From Mobula hypostoma (Eukaryota): 64,000 nucleotides of DNA. The DNA lies in the NCBI RefSeq assembly GCF_963921235.1, contig NC_086109.1:11100001-11164000 (forward strand), given 5' to 3'. The notes below the pieces were generated by a model that worked only from the letters and a program-made list of their open reading frames with translations, was not told the DNA's origin and ran no database searches. The number at the start of each line of letters is the position of its first letter. Within the stretch, counting starts at the first letter, position 1. Positions 62,476 to 64,000 of the stretch are shown here, in pieces. Position numbers and translations under genes: made by a program.

Positions 62476-62700
62476 ACTTTATACTTTATTGTCGCCAAAC
62501 AATTGATACTAGAACGTACAATCATCACAGCGATATTTGATTCTGTGCTTCACACTTCCTGGATTACAAATATTAAATATTAAAATATTTAAAATATATA
62601 AAATAAAAATTAGTAAATATTAAAATTATAAATCATAAATAGAAAAATGGAAAGTAAGGTAATGCAAAAAAAAAACCGAAAGGCAGGTCCGGATGTTTGG
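62476..62700 (-). mobile_element. Non-LTR retrotransposon 3' end nested in CR1, family uncertain
   Basis: Interrupts the CR1 sequence ccat|gacctcta; minus-strand tail aataaagtataaagt. Confidence 0.55.
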
Positions 62701-63416
62701 ATGACCTCTAGTTCTAGCCTCATCCAACTTCAGTGGAAAAAAACCTGCTTGCATTTACCTTATCTATACCCATCTTAATTTTGTACACCTCTATCAAATC
62801 TCCTCTCAGTCTTTTACATTCTAGGGAATAAAGTCCTAACAATTTCAAACTTTCCCTTTAACTCAGGTCGTCCAGACCTGGCAATATCCTTGTAAATTTT
62901 CTCTGTACTCTTACAAACTTGTTTACGTATTTCCTGTAGGTAGGTGACCAAAGTGGCACACAATACAGTACTGCAAATTAGGCCTCACCAATGTCTTATG
63001 CAGTTTCAACATAACATCCCAACTCCTGTACTCAATACATTGATTTATGAAGGCCAGTGTGCCAAAAGCTTTCTTTACGATCCTATCTACCTATGATGCC
63101 ACTTTCAAGGAATTATGGATTTGTATTCCCAGATCTCTCTGTTCTACTACACTTCTTAGTGCCTTACTGTTCACATTGTAAGATCTACCCAGAGTGGTCC
63201 TCTCAAATTGCAACACCTCACAATTGTCTGCATTGAATTTCATCAGCCATTACTCATCCCATTTTTCCAGCTGGTCCAGATTCACTCCAAGCTTTGATAG
63301 TCTTTGTTGCTGTCCACTATATTCCCAATTTTGGTGTCATCTGCAAAATTGCTGCAACACACATCAAAGTTGCTGGTGAACGCAGCAGGCCGGGCAGCAT
63401 CTCTAGGAAGAGGTAC

Positions 63417-63452
63417 AGTCGACGTTTCAGGCAGAGACCCTTCGTCAGGACT
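63417..63452 (-). ncRNA. Minimal type-I hammerhead ribozyme motif
   Basis: Minus strand reads AGTC-CTGACGA-AGGGTCTCTGCCT-GAAA-C-GTC|GACT. Confidence 0.7.
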
Positions 63453-63681
63453 AACTGAAGGAAGAGCTAGTAAGAGATTTGAAAGGGGGAGGGGGAGATC
63501 CAAAATGATAGGAGAAGACAGGAGGGGGAGTGATGGAGCCAAGAGCTGGACAGGTGATTGGCAAAGGGTAATACCTGTCCAGCTCTTTGCTCCATCCCTC
63601 CCCCTCCTGTCTTCTCCTATCATTTTGGATCTCCCCCTCCCCCTCCCACTTTCAAATCTCTTACTAGCTCTTCTTTCAGTT

Positions 63682-63717
63682 AGTCCTGACGAAGGGTCTC
63701 GGCCTGAAACGTCGACT
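63682..63717 (+). ncRNA. Minimal type-I hammerhead ribozyme motif
   Basis: AGTC-CTGACGA-AGGGTCTCGGCCT-GAAA-C-GTC|GACT. Stem I is AGTC/GACT, the core is CUGANGA + GAAA, stem III is the palindrome ACGT, and the cleavage triplet is GUC. Confidence 0.75.
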
Positions 63718-64000
63718 GTACCTCTTCCTAGAGATGCTGCCCGGCCTGCTGCGTTCACCAGCAACTTTGATGTGTGTTGCTTGAATTTCCAGCATCTGCA
63801 GAATTCCTGTTGTTGCAAAATTGCTGATGCAGTTTACCACATTATCATCTAGATTGTTGATATAGGTGATAAGTAACAACGGACCCAGCATCGATCCCTG
63901 TGGCACACCATTAGTCACAGGCCTCCAGTCAGAGAGGCAACCATTTACAATGTCTCTGGCATCTTCTGTGAAGCCAATATTTAATCAAATTCACTACCTC

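Larger units (their letters stand above)
63355..63813 (+). mobile_element. Penelope fold-back pLTR insertion, young, with ~200-bp near-perfect arms
   Basis: Arms at 63354-63555 and 63573-63780, 17-nt loop, 33-nt tail, and an exact 13-bp TSD tgcaaaattgctg at 63342-63354 and 63814-63826. Confidence 0.95.
61812..64000 (-). mobile_element. CR1 LINE 3' part (RT to tail), running off the window end, with three nested insertions
   Basis: GVPQGSMLGP, YINNLD, ISNF|ADDTK, and the 3' tail at 61812-61850. Confidence 0.92.

Noticed and set aside
26990..63813. Classifying the palindromic inserts as DNA-transposon MITEs or miRNA genes
   Set aside because: The arms match the 3' end of GIY-YIG Penelope copies in this window, the ends are asymmetric, and TSDs are long and variable.
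63282..63852. Two near-identical ~180-aa ORFs on opposite strands
   Set aside because: An artefact of the inverted repeat in non-coding pLTR sequence.
1..64000. CRISPR arrays, operons or other prokaryotic systems
   Set aside because: No regularly spaced repeat-spacer pattern, very low coding density, and vertebrate repeats throughout.

Overview
This window is eukaryotic, repeat-rich vertebrate DNA. The repeat complement (HE1/V-SINEs, shark-type CR1, Rex1/Babar, Penelope, Tc1) points to a cartilaginous fish, probably a ray; this is an inference. Most of the window is intronic. A CpG-island promoter at ~10.2-10.6 kb carries the first coding exon of an unidentified + strand gene (MSDPIPSRAKKLRPRLHGRSSLQSTEPV, phase-1 donor). 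A probable second promoter and non-coding first exon sit at ~52.1-52.4 kb, with a candidate exon at 54.6 kb. A chain of partly phase-compatible minus-strand exon candidates runs left from the same island and may be a divergent gene or pseudogene. The rest is nested mobile elements: CR1, L1, Rex1/Babar, Nimb, RTE-related, Penelope, Tc1, Tigger, hAT, solo LTRs and SINEs. The most striking signal is a dense set of Penelope pseudo-LTR insertions. Many carry a minimal type-I hammerhead ribozyme motif (CTGACGA-AGGGTCTCGGCCY-GAAAC-GTC), and most are fold-back hairpins with a fixed start point, an unpaired 3' tail and often target-site duplications (TSDs). No prokaryotic features and no CRISPR array were seen. 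Boundaries of old repeats are approximate, and family names come from motif recognition, not database searches.
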